Assembly: GCA_040285855.1 (NCBI GenBank) | Contig: JAUFOQ010000004.1 | Location: 1,426,001 to 1,490,000, forward strand | From: Eukaryota sp. GEM-RC1 | Taxonomy: Eukaryota | Direction: 5' to 3' | Length of the DNA stretch: 64,000 bases | In this document: one piece after another, positions 13,701-27,484 of the stretch | Layout: each line of letters opens with the position of its first letter | Position numbering within the stretch: the first letter of the stretch is position 1 | Position numbers and translations under genes: made by a program | Notes under the pieces: model-generated | Database searches by the model: none | The model's input: the letters and a program-made list of their open reading frames with translations, nothing else | What the model was told of the DNA's origin: nothing

Positions 13701-16700
13701 TAAAGGTTAATTCAGTAGTTTTTGCATCAATAAGAGACATAACTCTAATTGTACGAAACCAAACATTGTCAAAGCTAGCAGAAGAATTAACAATTGAAAT
13801 CATATCTAAATTAACACTACTTACATTGGAAAAATAGAAGAACTAATGATTAAAGTAGAATGAGTTGCAGAACCAATTGATCGAGAGCTAACATTGTTAA
13901 AAGAAGTATTTGAAAGATAAACTTCACTAGAAATGAATTCAAAGAGAGTACAATTAAGTAACTCAAAAGCAAGAAGGTCGCTAATAAAGTGGGAATTGCT
14001 TAGATGAATTAATGAAAAATCGTTAGGAGTAGAAATGTTAAAAAATACCAAATTTTTGAAAACTAGATCGGATCGGTGTCCAATCAAAAATGATTCAATC
14101 AAAGTGAGATTAGTATCCAGACTAACGTCATGCAGACTTAATGTAGAATTATTTAGATCGAAAAAAGTTTCCAACTTCGCATCTCCGACTTCAACCAAAT
14201 TGACTGTGACCACTGAATCGTCGGCATTGATAAGTGATTGAGAAGACTCCACGTCAATAATAGAACTATTGGACAAAGAAGCTGAAGAAGAAGTAAGAGA
14301 GAGGAAGTGTTTTAAATTGAGAATGTTGAAATGGGAAAGAGTTAGTGAAAATGTTGAATCATTGAAATTGAAGAAAGAACTTCCATAAATCATAGAAAAC
14401 GTTGACTCTTCAATAGTTACAATAGAAAGATTATCTACAGAGACCAGTACTTGAACTTCAATAGAATGGAAAGAACTATTTGATATTCCTATTTCAGAAT
14501 TAGAACTAAATATGACAGATGACGTATTGGAATTTGTCAAAGAAAGAGCGGAAATTACTACTGATGAATCCGTAAAAGAGAATATTGAACACTCAATTGC
14601 AGATAATAAGAAATCAACAGCTGTGAATTCTGAGTGATTGAACATAAACAGAGGATCAGAAGCGTCACGTATATAAGCAGCATTGATTGAGCTCATTTCA
14701 ATAATGCTAAATTCAGAGTAAAGAAATGACTTATTAATTCTCATAGAATCAATATCCAAGTGATTAATAATAACATTACTGCTAAATAATTCAACAACTA
14801 AAGAAGTATCAACCTTAGTCAAATAAGTAGTATCAAAACTCATAGATCCATCGTCCAAATGAAAAAGTGACGTAAAAGAAGAGTTTTCTATAAGTAAGTT
14901 GTTCATAGATCCATTACAATGTAGACATGTTAAGAGTAAGTCAGCATTGGAGTGAGTTAGTATAATTGAAGAAAGAACTAAATGAGAGTCAACAATGTTG
15001 AAGAGATTGTTGGAAATTGCAGCTAAATTTGTGTTGATTGAATAGCTTTCACTTGAATCATTTGAACCTTCATTAATTTGATGAAAATCCAAAACGTGAA
15101 TAGTTGAATTCGCAGATGTAGTAAGCAAAAATCCAGTAGTTAAAATTGAATCAAAAACCTTAGCCAAATTCAGTTCTAATGTTGAATCAGAAAGATCAAA
15201 AACATGATCGGTAATCAATTTTGATAAGCTCACGTCATTGAGACGAAGAACTGAAGTAGAACCATCAAAAACTGACGTACTATTCATACCAACAGAACAC
15301 AAGGAATCAACAAACAAGTGACTATTTGTTGGCTCGAAAAGTACATTGAAACTGGAAAATACTACTGAAATATTAAATAATGAGACATTAGAATTAACAA
15401 TAAGAAAACCAAACTCTGCTTGGTTATAAGAGATAATGGTATTTTCAATGAAACAACTGCCGACTTTGTTTAAAGCAACTAACGAACCAGATGATTCAGA
15501 AGTATTTAATTTGTTCAAAAACAGCGAACCCTCCATTAAATTGAAGAATCCCAAACTACTTTCTAAATTTGTAGAAGAAATAGAAACAGAATCGATAATA
15601 ATAGAACAATCCGTTGAGAAAAGAAAGGTATTAGAAATTGACATGTGGTGCAACAGAAAATGATTCATAACAATGATTGAATTGGAAACGTGATACACAC
15701 GTGATGCTGACGTGTTCGACATCATGAAGTCGGAAAATGAAAGATCACATTCATTCAAAGTAAACATATTAGTAACAGAAGAATTACTAACGAAGACCCT
15801 TTGGAAAGCACCAACAGATTGTTTTGTATTAAAAAATTCCACAATACTTGACCGACTCAATGAAATATCTTTGAGCTCTAAAATTGTCGGTTGAGCCAGA
15901 ATGACAGTTTCTAAGTAACTGTCATAAATATTCAAAAAATTGATATCCAAAAGATTGACCTCCATTAACTCAATAAGACTTCCAGTTGTATCAAAAATGT
16001 CCATATCAGTAATAGAAACGGTACCTCTGAGAATATCAAAACACGTGTCACAAGTAACAGTAGAAATGGTTAATTCATTTAGTTCAACTGGACCGTTTGA
16101 TGACTCAATCAGTGACTTACAATTAATATCTTGAAAAACAATGGTTTGGAGGTCAATCTTTGAGTTGGAAACGAAGATGATCGCACTTGAAGAATCAATA
16201 CTGAACAGGTTAAATTCGATTAAAATGATTTCAGCATCGTCTGCGGATAATAACTGATCAATGTTAATTGATGATGAAACTGAAAAACGATCCATAATAA
16301 ATACACTAGTTTTGATTGAAAAAATAATTGTAGTGGTAACAGACTCAAAAGACAGTCCATTTTCAATGATTTGACTTTCGACAAGATCAAAAACAGTAAA
16401 CGAAAAGTAAGAATTTGAACAAAATGAATAAGACAAAGTAATGTTAGACTTTGTTAATTGAAATAATGATGATGAGTTAATATTTAAAAAAAGTGCTGTA
16501 AGAAACATACAATGGTGTGTTGTCAAGAACAAAAGGGGAATCCGTAAAAGATCCAGAAACACTAACATTTTGTAAAATTAATTGCGAATTACTAGACCTT
16601 AATAAACTGGAGGAATTCGACTTGAAACTACAGTTTGATAGAAAAACTGTAGATGTATCAGTCAGTATTGTAGTAGAACCAGCTTCATGAAAGATGTTTG

Positions 16701-19700
16701 AATTAATTAATTGGATAATGGAATCAACAAAAGAAAAACAACTAGGAGAATAACAAACAATATCAATGTTGGAAAGAGACAACTTGGAATGTAATACTTC
16801 TGAAAAAGTCTGGTAGATTCCATCAATCACCACGTCACCTAGACCAATCAATTGCCAATCAACGTCATTTACATCACCCAATCCATTTTTAAAAGTGTAA
16901 TTTCCACTATGAAAATATATTGTCCCTTTTCTTCCCATTCTTTCTACAACTCTTTTGAAAGAAGCACAAGGACTATCAAAAGTTCCACAACAAGGATCAT
17001 CAACTCCAGTAGTAGAAATGTAAGAAATTTGATTTAAGTCGAGTACATTATCATTGACAAAGACAATTAGAGAAGTTTCTGAATAGATGGTAGTAATAAG
17101 TGAATTACAGGGACTAATAACATCATGAAACTTACCATTAATTAGACCAGATTCTATAATAGTGTAGTTATTCCCAGTTGAATCATACATTGTTTCCAAA
17201 ATCTATTTCTAATATTCCATCTAAATAAGCAGTTGAACCAACAATTAATTGAGTAAAAGAATCATCATTATTGATTTGAATAGAGACGATTGAAGAAGGT
17301 AAAAGAGCAAGAATATCATCAAAAGCAATTAAAGGTAAAGGAATGAGTGTTCCAGCGTTTGAGGTGTTGTTGAAAACTGTTCCTGATCCTCGTAAAATTT
17401 GAAAATGGGTCAATTCCAAATTTTGATCTAAGATGACGTTTGCATCAGACAATACGATACCAGCATCAGAATTAAATGTAGTTGTAGATAACGTAACAAA
17501 ACTTCTCATCAAAACATCAGAATGACAAGTGATAGAACCACTAGAAGACTGGAATTCTGAAACTGACACGTCATCAAGAATCACGTGACTGAAGAAATCA
17601 AAAGAATTCGCCAATTGAATTCGACCAGTGATTGATGAATTATCTACTGATTCTTGAACAATTAAAGCAGATGAGAAGTTTCCTGAGTTAATCTCAGAAT
17701 ACGTTTCTATCAAAAATGCCGAACTTCCAAGTATTTGGCAATGAAAACAAGAGAAATAAGCAACAATAGTCTGAGTACTGGAAGCTGACTCAAAAGTTGA
17801 AAAGGATAAATCTAAAATATGGATATTAGCAAAGTCAAAATCATTCTGAAAATGACTGTTAATAGCGATCAAAATAACATTTGATGACGAGATATCTACC
17901 GAATCATCATAATAGAGCTCACTTGAACTTAAGGTTATATGGAGGCTATCAGAGTTAATTTTTGAGTCTTCACTTAAGCTCATAATCGATTCTCTGTCAA
18001 GCTCGACTTGCTCTAAATTTTCGAAAGTAAAGTTATTTAATTGTAAATTTGATGAAATCAAAGTAACAGAACTGATGAACATTTGTGCCGATAAAAACAT
18101 AATGTTTGAATCAATTAATGAAACGTGGCCCCAATCAACTTGAGGGTTATCAAAACTGAATTGATTAATCTCATCAATGGAAAGGGTAGTGGTGGAAAAA
18201 GGGCGTCATGAACAACATTTGAATTAATTAATTGGAAAGTTGAGTCCGATAGTGAAAAACAGAAGAGCGAATAGCAGAAAATATCAACGTCTGAAAGAGA
18301 AAGATTGGTGCCTACTATTTCCAAATAAAGTATCGTCAAATGCTTCAATCACCACGTCACCGAGACCAATCACTTCCCAATCAACGTCATGTACCTTCCC
18401 AATCCATTCTTAAAAGTGTAATTTCCGCTATGAAAATAAACCTGCCCTTTTCTGCCCATTCTGTCTACAACTCCTTTGAAAGAAGCACAAGGACTGTCGA
18501 AAGTACCACAACAAGGATCATCAACGCCAGTAGTGGAAATGTAAGAAACTTGATTTAAGTCGAGTACATTATCATTGACAGAGACAATTAGAGAAGACTC
18601 TGAATAGATGGTAGTAATGAGTGAATTACAGGGACTAATAACAGCATGAAACTTTCCATTAATTAAACCAGATTCTATAATAGTGTAGTTATTCCCAGTT
18701 GAATCATAAATTGTCTCAAATTCTAGTTCTAATATTCCATCTAAATAAGCAGTTGAACCAACAGTTAATTGAGTACAAGAATCATCATTATTAATTTGAA
18801 TAGAGACGATTGAAGAAGGTAAAAGAGCAAGATTATCATCAAAAGCAATTAAAGGTAAAGGAATGAGTTTTCCAGCGTTCGAGGTGTTGTTGAAAACTGT
18901 TCCTGATCCTCGTAAAATTTGAAATACTGACAATTCCAAATTTTGCTCTAAAATGACGTTTGCATCTGACAATATGATACCAGCATCAGAATTGAATGTA
19001 GTTGTAGATAACGTAACAAAACTTCTCATCAAAACATCAGAATGACAAGTGATATAACCACTAGAAGACTGGAATTCTGAAACTGACACGTCATCAAGAA
19101 TCACGTGACTGAAGAAATCAAAAGAATTCGCCAAATGAATTCGACCAGTGATTGATGAATTATCTACTGATTCTTGAACAATTAAAGCAGATGAGAAGTT
19201 TCCTGAGTTAATCTCAGAATACGTTTCTATCAAAAATGCCGAACTTCCAAGTATTTGGCAATGAAAACAAGAGAAATAAGCAACAATAGTCTGAGTACTG
19301 GAAGCTGACTCAAAAGTTGAAAAGGATAAATCTAAAATATGGATATTAGCAAAGTCAAAATCATTCTGAAAATGACTGTTGATAGCAATCAAACTGACAT
19401 TTGATGACGAGATATCGACCGAATCATCATAATAGAGCTCACTTGAATTTAAGGTTATATGGAGGCTATCAGAATTAATTTTTGAGTCTTCACTTAAGCT
19501 CATAATCGATTCACTGTTGAGCTCGACTTGCTCTAAATTTTCAAAAGTAAAGTTGTTTAATTGTAAGTTTGAAGAAATCAAAGAAACAGAACTGATGAAC
19601 ATTTTTGCTGATAGAAACAAAATGTTTGAATCAATAATTGAAAAGTATCCCCAATGATCTTGAGGAGTATCAAAACTGATTTGATCAATCTCATCAATGG

Positions 19701-22700
19701 ATAGAGTAGTGGCGGAAAAAACGGCGTCATGAACAACACTTGAATTAATTAATTGAAAGGATGAGTCAGGTAGAGAAAAACAATAGGCGGAATAGCAAAA
19801 ATGTTAACATTTGAAAGAGAAAGATTGGAGTGAACGATTTCAAATAGAGTTTCATCAATGCCTTCAATAATGACGTCACCGAGACCAATCAATTGCCAAT
19901 CAACGTCAGTTACATTCCCCAATCCTTGATTAAAGGTGTAACTTCCTTCGTGGAAAATAACCTTCCCTTTCCTTCCCATTCTTTCAAAAACTCCTCTAAA
20001 AGAAGCACAAGGACTATCGAAAGTACCACAGCAAGGATCATCAACACCAGTAGTAGAAATGTAAGAAATGGTGTTTAAATGAGCAATATAGTCATCGAAC
20101 GATCCAATTACTGAAGTAGAAGTATACTCAATATTGAAAATAGAAGAACAAGTGCTTTTGACTGAAGTAAATCGACCTAAACGATGGTAAGAATCAATAA
20201 GTACGTATTGTTTACCACCCCAATGTTTGAAAGGATCAAATTCTACTTCTATTGTACCATCTAGAAAAGCAGTTGAACCTACAATTACTTGAGTAGAAAA
20301 ATTATCATTATTGATTTGAATAGAGACTGTAGAAGAAAGAGAAAGTGAAAGGTTGTCATCAAAAATAATTAAAGGTAAAGGAATTATTTGTCCAGTGTTT
20401 GAGGTGTTGTCAAAAATTACTCCTAAGCCCTTTAAAATTTGAAATTCTGACAATTCCAAATTTTGCTCTAAGATGACGTTTGCATCTGAAAGAATGACAC
20501 CAACATCAGAAGCAAATGTAGTTGAAGATAATGTAACGAAATTTCTCTTCAAAACGTCAGAATGACAAGTGATTGAACCACTAGAGGACTGGAATTCTGA
20601 AACTGACACGTCATCAAGAATCACGTGACTGAAGAAATGAAAAGAATTAGCCAACTGAATTTGACCAGTGATTGATGAATTATCTGCTGATTCTTGAACA
20701 ATTAAAGAAGACGAGAAATTTCCAGAGTTAATCTCAGAATATTTTTCTATCGACAATAGGGAACTTCCTAGTATTTGGCAATGAAAACAAGAGAAATAAG
20801 CAACAATAGTTTTAGTACTTGAAGCTGACTCAAAAGTTGAAAAGGACAAATCTAAAATACGAATATTAGCAAAGTCAAAATCATTTTGAAAATGACTGTT
20901 AATAGCGATCAAAGTCACATTTGATGACGAGATATCTACTGAATCATCATAATAGAGCTCACTGGAATATAAGGTTATATGGAGGCTATCAGAATTAATT
21001 TTTGAGTCTTCACTTAAGCTCATAATCGATTCACTGTTGAGCTCGACTTGCTCTAAATTTTCGAAAGTAAAGTTATTTAATTGTAAATTTGATGAAATCA
21101 AAGTAACAGAACTGATGAACATTTGTGCCGATAAAAACATAATGTTTGAATCAACAAATGAAAGGTGTCCCCAATGATCTTGCGGGTTATCAAAACTTAA
21201 TTGATTAATCTCATCAATGGAAAGAGTAGTGGTGGAAAAAACAGCATCATTAACAACACTTGAATTGATAAATTGGAAAGTTGAATCCGGTAGAGAAAAA
21301 CAATAGGCGGAATAACAAAAATGTCAATATTTGAAACAGAAAGATTCGAGTGAACTATTTCAAATAAAGGGACATCAACTCCTTCAATGATGAGGTCACC
21401 AAGACCAATCACTTCCCAATCAACGTCATTTACCTTCCCCAATCCCTGATCAAAAGTGTAATTTCCACTATGGAAATAAACTTTCCCTTTTCTTCCCATT
21501 CGTTCTAAAACTCCTCTAAAAGAAGCACAAGGGCTATCAAAAGTTCCGCAACAAGGATCATCATTACCAGAAGGAGAAATGTAAGAAGTTTGATTTAAGT
21601 CGACTACAAAATCATTTACAGAAACAATTAGAGAAGTTTCTGAATAAAACGTGGTGATAAGTGAAGCGCAAGGATTAATACTACTAAATCTTCCATTAAT
21701 TAGACCAGCTTCTATAAGAGTGTAATTATTCCCAGTTGAATCATACTTTGTGCCAAGTTCCAGTTCTAGTATTCCATCTAAATAAGCAGTTGAACCAATA
21801 ATTAGTTGAGTAGAGGAATAATCATTGTTGATTTGAAGAGAGACGATGGAAGAAGAAGAAAGAGAAAGGTTGTCTTCAAAAGTAAAGTTCGAGGAAGGTT
21901 TAATTTTGCCAAAATTTGAAGTATTTGTAGTAATAGCACCAAATCCTGTAATAATTTGATAATCAAGGATTACAAAACAAGGGTCAAAAAGTAAAGTTGA
22001 ATCGTTTAGAGTCAAAGTATCATAGTAAATTAAGGAAACTTTGGATATACTAACATCATTTTTCATCAAAACGTCAGAATGACACGTAATAGACCTGTTA
22101 GAAGAAGGCTGAAATTCTGAAACTGACACGTCATCAAGAATCACGTGACTGAAGAAATCAAAAGAATTCGCCAATTGAATTCGACCAGTGATTGATGAAT
22201 TATCTACTGATTCTTGAACAATTAAAGAAGATGAGAAGTTTCCAGAATTAATCTCAGAATATTTTTCTACCGACAATGGCGAACTTCCAAGTATTTGGCA
22301 ATGAAAACAAGAGAAATAAGCAACAATAGTTTTAGTACTTGAAACTGACTCAAAAGTTGAAAAGGATAAATCTAAAATATGAAGATTAGCAAGGATAACA
22401 TCATTCTGAAAACGACTGTTGATAGCTACCACACTAACATTTGATGACGAGATATCTACTGAATCATCAAAATAGAGCTCACTTGAATTTAAGGTTATAT
22501 GGAGACTATCTGAATTAATTTTAGAGTCCACTGTTAAATTTGCTAAGGAATCAAACAGTACGAGGGTTTTTAAATTGTCCAAGATGACGTCACTTGATTG
22601 AAGAGTCGAAGAACTTAGAGAAATTGTTTTGAAGTCAAACTTGGTCGATGATAATTGTACTTCTGAATGGACAAGAGAAAGTTTACCATTGCCGTGGATA

Positions 22701-25689
22701 CTACTAACAGTTAGTGGAGTGTAATCCAAAGCGTTAATCTCAGAAAGTGTTAAAGTTTTTCTGAATATCTGCACTGCACGAATTCGTCCTTTAAAAGAGC
22801 CAGCTATAGGAAAATACAATGAAGGATGGGAACTGTATGATGCAGTAAACTGCAGTTCTTGATTACCATTGAAGTAAATACGAGCTGTTGATGAAGAATA
22901 AGCCATAACCAAGTGGATCCATTGGCGTCGTGGAGGATGAATATCACGATATCGGCTTCCCCAGCCAGTCAAAGTGCCGTCAATGTAAGTTCTACCAGAA
23001 GAACTATGAAGGCCGATTCTTCCATCTTCATAGTATATCCACAAAGAAATAGAGGCGTCTCTCCATCCAGTGGGACCCACAAGGTTTGGAATATGGAGAG
23101 TGTTACCAGATTTGATATCTAGATAACCCCCAACTCCATCTTGTTTCCACTCTCAGGTCCTTCAATTTTGATAGCATCAGAGTCGTGAATACCTGAATGG
23201 TCAATTGTGTTGTAAGAATCATGCCAAGTATAGTGTAAGAAGAGGTTTGAATTTGAATCTGTGTTAGTACCACTGCTTTTAAGTACAACACCAGTGACGT
23301 TTACAAACTCAAGTACACTCAACTCATCGAGTTCAAGGACACCATCTTGGTGATCAAAGTAACCACTGACTATAAGTTTGTGACTGATTAGGAACGTGCG
23401 AAGACTCTCCAAAACAACAGAGTTTGCTGAAGTAAAGGATGAAGAAGAAGAGAGATCTGTGTGGAAAGTACCTGCATTAAGTAGAAGAGTATTCGTGACA
23501 GTGAGAGTTGAGTTGTTTTTAAAGAGGAGAACTGCATTGGAAGATACTGTTAGAGATGATGCGGAGACTGCCACGTCATCAAGAAACACGTGACTAAACA
23601 AATCAACTGAGTTGCCAAATTGAACTGTACCAGTGATCAAAGAATTCTCAGCAGATTCAAGAACAATTAATGAAGATGAGAAATTTCCAGAATTAACTTC
23701 TAAATATGAATCTATTGACAACAATGAATTTCTTAGTACCTGACAATAAGAGCACAAGAGTGAACCAACAATTACTTCAGAATCAAATGACTCAAAAGTT
23801 GCAAAGGATAAATCTAAAAGATGGAAATTGGTGAAGCCAATAGTATTCTGAAAATGACTGTTGATGACAATTAAATTCAGTTTTGATATAGTGATGTCAT
23901 TTGAACCGTCACAGTAGAGCTCACTGGAATTTAAAGTTATAGTTAGATCATCAGATTCAATCTTTGAGTCTTGAGTTAAATTAACCAACGAATTATCACA
24001 GAGCTCAAGGTTTTTTAAATTGTTCAAGGACACGTCATTTAAGTAGAGAGTTGAGTAACTTAGGGAAATTGTGTTGAGGGCAATGTTGTACGATGATAAT
24101 TGTACTTCTGAACTGATAAGAGACAGTTTTCCTTGTCCCGAGACAATACTCGAGTGAGAGCAATAACTATAGGCAAAATTAGACCGATAATATGCACTAA
24201 TACTAGTAACTCCTTTACCTTCCAAATGAGTAATACGACCTGGTATGGTTGCAGGAGAACTTTGAGAAGTAGTTCTACCTAGAGCACCATTAGAATCCCC
24301 ACCCCAAGACCATACGTCGTTATTAACGTCAACAGCAGTAGAGTGTTGCGGTCCTGCAGCTGCAGTAATCACTTTCCCAATGTTTTTTACTTCAACTGGA
24401 GTAGCAGAGTCTGATGTACTACCCCTACCTAGTCTACCATGATCACCCCTACCCCAACTCCATAGCTTCTGGTTAACATCAATTCCAACAGCGTGCCAAA
24501 GAACAGTGTCAATAAAGACAAACTCAATATCCTCAGCAAATGGAGTTGGAGTTGAATAAGTTCCAGTATCACCTAATCTAAAACCACAAGTAAGAGTAGA
24601 ACCATCCTCTTTAATGAAAAAAGCAGCACGTCCAGCAGCAATAAATTTAATATTTTGTAAGGAATTGATTAACATTGGTGAATGTTCGTTAATGGTGTTT
24701 GTCTTACATAAAACATTATCCCTACCCCATCCCCATCCATAAACTTTACCATCTCTAGTTAAAGCAAATGCAGTAAGAAATCGACCAGCAATTTGTTTAA
24801 CATTACTTAAATTTGGAATTAACGTAGGTGTATATATGTTGTTTGTATGCCCTAACCCTAACTGACCATCTCGATTCCACCCCCAAGAATAAACATACCC
24901 AGAAATATTCAAGGCACGATTTGAGCGAGCAGAAGCAACTGCCTGCACAATATTTGAAATTTGAATTTTTGCATGAACTTTCCGATCCCCACCGACATAT
25001 CCTAGAGGTGAATAATTGTTACTTCCAGAAGTGTAAACGTCACCATTTACCAAAAGAACTAGAGAATGATCTATTGCAGCAGAAGCTTGTCTAATAGGGT
25101 AAGGAAGAGTAAATGACTCAGGTGACAATTGATTTCCTGATAGTCCTCCTCCAAGTTGACCATCATTATTCCTTCCCCAAACATGAAGAACATCAGAACT
25201 GATTGAGGATTCACCATCATTGAAAGAAGTGTAAGTAACATTGTCCAAAACAAGCTCACTGAACTCATCTAGATCAATAGAACCACGTTTCCAATCAAAG
25301 AGATCAGTGACAACCAGTTTGTGGGACAGGAAGGACACAAGGTCAGCATCCAAGACAAGAGAGTGTACGGAAGTAGAAGAAGAAGAGATTGCGTTGGTGT
25401 GTAAAGTACCTCCATTAAGGAGGAGAGTACCAGAGATAGTTAAAGTCGAGTGGGCTTTGAAGAAGAGAACAACGCTAGAGGACAAAGTGAGGGACGATAT
25501 GATAACGTGATCATCTATAGTGACAGTGATGGTTGTAGACTGAGTAGAAATAACAACAGAAGAAGAAATCGAAGGAGAACCAGTCTGATCCCAATTGCTT
25601 CCTTCAGACCAAAGTCCAGAACTTGTGGCATCCCATTTGAAGATCGAGCCGAGAACGCAACAACTCAGAAGAAGGAGTCCGATGATCAT
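6531..25689 (-). CDS. Giant (~6,400 aa) modular cell-surface/membrane protein, copy A: signal peptide, RCC1 propeller, LamG-like domain, 4 repeat modules, beta-helix-like stalk, IPT/TIG-like, Cys-rich, multi-TM. Split by indels in this assembly.
   Basis: ATG at 25689 gives MIIGLLLLSCCVLG (signal peptide). A chain of abutting or overlapping minus-strand ORFs from 23119-25722 to 6531-7244 joins at homopolymers; several breaks are in-frame in copy B. Confidence 0.8.
16800..22600 (-). repeat. Four tandem ~1.52-kb coding modules of copy A
   Basis: DDPCCGTFDSPCASF at ~16980, ~18500, ~20020 and ~21540. Confidence 0.9.
22720..23250 (-). other. LamG/concanavalin A-like domain in slot 2 of copy A
   Basis: LFLHYTW…DHSG…ASISLWI…QWIHLVMAYSSSTARIYFNG…FKGRIRAVQIFRKTLTLSEINAL fits the Laminin_G_3 consensus; one frameshift near 23125. 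Confidence 0.8.
24165..25190 (-). other. Complete 7-repeat RCC1/BLIP-II-like propeller, slot 1 of copy A
   Basis: Seven repeats of the H-S-L…G-x-V-Y-x-W-G-x-N-x-x-G-Q-L-G type. Confidence 0.9.
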
Positions 25690-26834
25690 TAACCTGAATT
25701 GAATAGAGAAAAGTGCCTTCAAAAATGAAATCCAGACTTTCTAATCTCCACATTGAAGTCCACAGCCCTCTATACCAGTTCCCGTTACATTATGTTAGCA
25801 CTACACATCATCTACAATGTACGTACACATTTTGATACTCTTCACATAGACAGTATTTCATGACCCTTCGCCATTTGACACAAAGTTGAACTCTCAATAC
25901 AACAAACACATATGTCAGAATCGTTCAAGTAGCATTATCTACCTACAATAGGAAATAGAACGTGTTCTCTTCATGATCAAAGATCTCGATTAGGCTGCAT
26001 GATACATGTTGCTCTTCCATCATAAGGATCGCTCCCAGTACTCAAACATGTTATATACTACCCTCTGTGGATCCATGACTGACATCACCGATTTACTTCT
26101 CCGCCCATCATTAAACTCAGAATCATTGAATGAGTCTTTGCCATGCGTAGTTTATCATATATCATCTCTATTAGTGCATTATGATACATCCACACTTCTC
26201 TAAGTACTCTTTCAATACTTGAATTTGTCATTGTTGCGATCTCACCTAACACTTCAGCTGAAGTTCTCTAAGCTGACCGGTGATAGAATACAAAACGGTT
26301 CTTACAGTTCGATCAAAGTATAGAAGACTTTAAACTGTGATTAAGAATATGCTTTGGTCACAAGAATAAGAACATTTCCGATCGTGAAAAACGGTCCTGC
26401 TGATAAATACTGTTTTAGTTGACACTCTAAAACTCAGCGTCTGTGGATGATTTTTATAGCAACATAACAACAATACTGATGAGCCGATGTTGTTTCCTTT
26501 AGAATACATGTACTTTTGTGATGAGTTACAGAGTGCGTGTTGACTCAAATTCGCACCAACAACAATAAAAACTGCTGTTAGTTACGAACAAACACATGGT
26601 ACAATCAATAATATGATTCAATATGAACAAACAATGTATGAGATGTCAAGACCTTAAATCTGTATCTATCAACAATACGAATGATCGATTATAAGTTCTA
26701 AAAAAATCCTGTTGCAACTCAGGAAAGAAGCAAGAACCAAAACTGGAACAGTTTTAGAAACATCAAAAGATATTTCAAATATTCGCTATAAAACTAAATT
26801 GGAGTTACAGGAGGGCTGAGGACCAACTGACAGT

Positions 26835-27149
26835 TTAATTAAAAAAAACGCGGACGGAAACATCTTTCGAGTGAAGTCTAATGCCGAAAACCAACTTGAA
26901 GCACTGTTTATTGTAAACTGGGAGGTACTGCCGATTGCCAGAAGATTTCGGCATGTTTTTTGTCCTGACAGTACTTACAAGACAAATACATTTGGTATGA
27001 CAATGTTCCTTGTGGCTGGTTTTACGATAGTTGACTATATATATAACTGAAGCAGTTTTGACTGCATTGCACTTTATTGCGAACTCTAATTGTTCTTGTG
27101 TAGTATAACTCTTGTAGACGAGAAATTCTAGAAATATTGAGATGTGCAT
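26835..27149 (-). pseudogene. Possible degenerate FAR1/MULE-type N-terminal DNA-binding fragment
   Basis: SYTTQEQLEFAIK…VNYRKTS…TKCIC loosely resembles MULE N-termini; adjacent to a MULE transposase remnant. Confidence 0.25.
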
Positions 27150-27484
27150 TTGGTAAAACCTTTGCTATGACTGGTAAGTGGAGTCGATGAACTTTCACTG
27201 TTGGTCCTGTCTCGTGTCTAAACACAACATTTTCTTGAAACTGTTGTGGGTTTACATGGAGAAACAATACACAATGGGGTCTATTTTAATAAATTTAAGA
27301 ATTCCGAAACTGATTGTGAATAATGGTTCAATTGGTTGTTCTGGATCTATTCCCTTATTATAGATTTATTTGATATAAACGTTGTATTATCTACAGTACT
27401 CTAATACAAGTTTTAATTCAACAAGAACACTAGCTTAGCTGAAACTACAATAAAAAATTGTTATAATAAAATTTAAATTCATCG

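Larger units (their letters stand above)
6245..26692. repeat. Segmental duplication unit 1 (giant gene plus both flanks), paralogous to 35477-57212
   Basis: Downstream flank 6245-6530 matches 35477-35807; upstream flank 25723-26692 matches 55487-57212 apart from one insertion; coding regions are colinear. Confidence 0.9.

Noticed and set aside
25689..25722. TTG starts given by the ORF track for the giant genes (25722, 55486) and GH47 (62236)
   Set aside because: Eukaryotic context. In-frame ATGs precede the signal peptides at 25689 and 55453; the GH47 start remains unresolved.
26006..26203. Small ORF partly conserved at 55788-55976
   Set aside because: Starts and N-termini differ between the copies; similarity is explained by the segmental duplication
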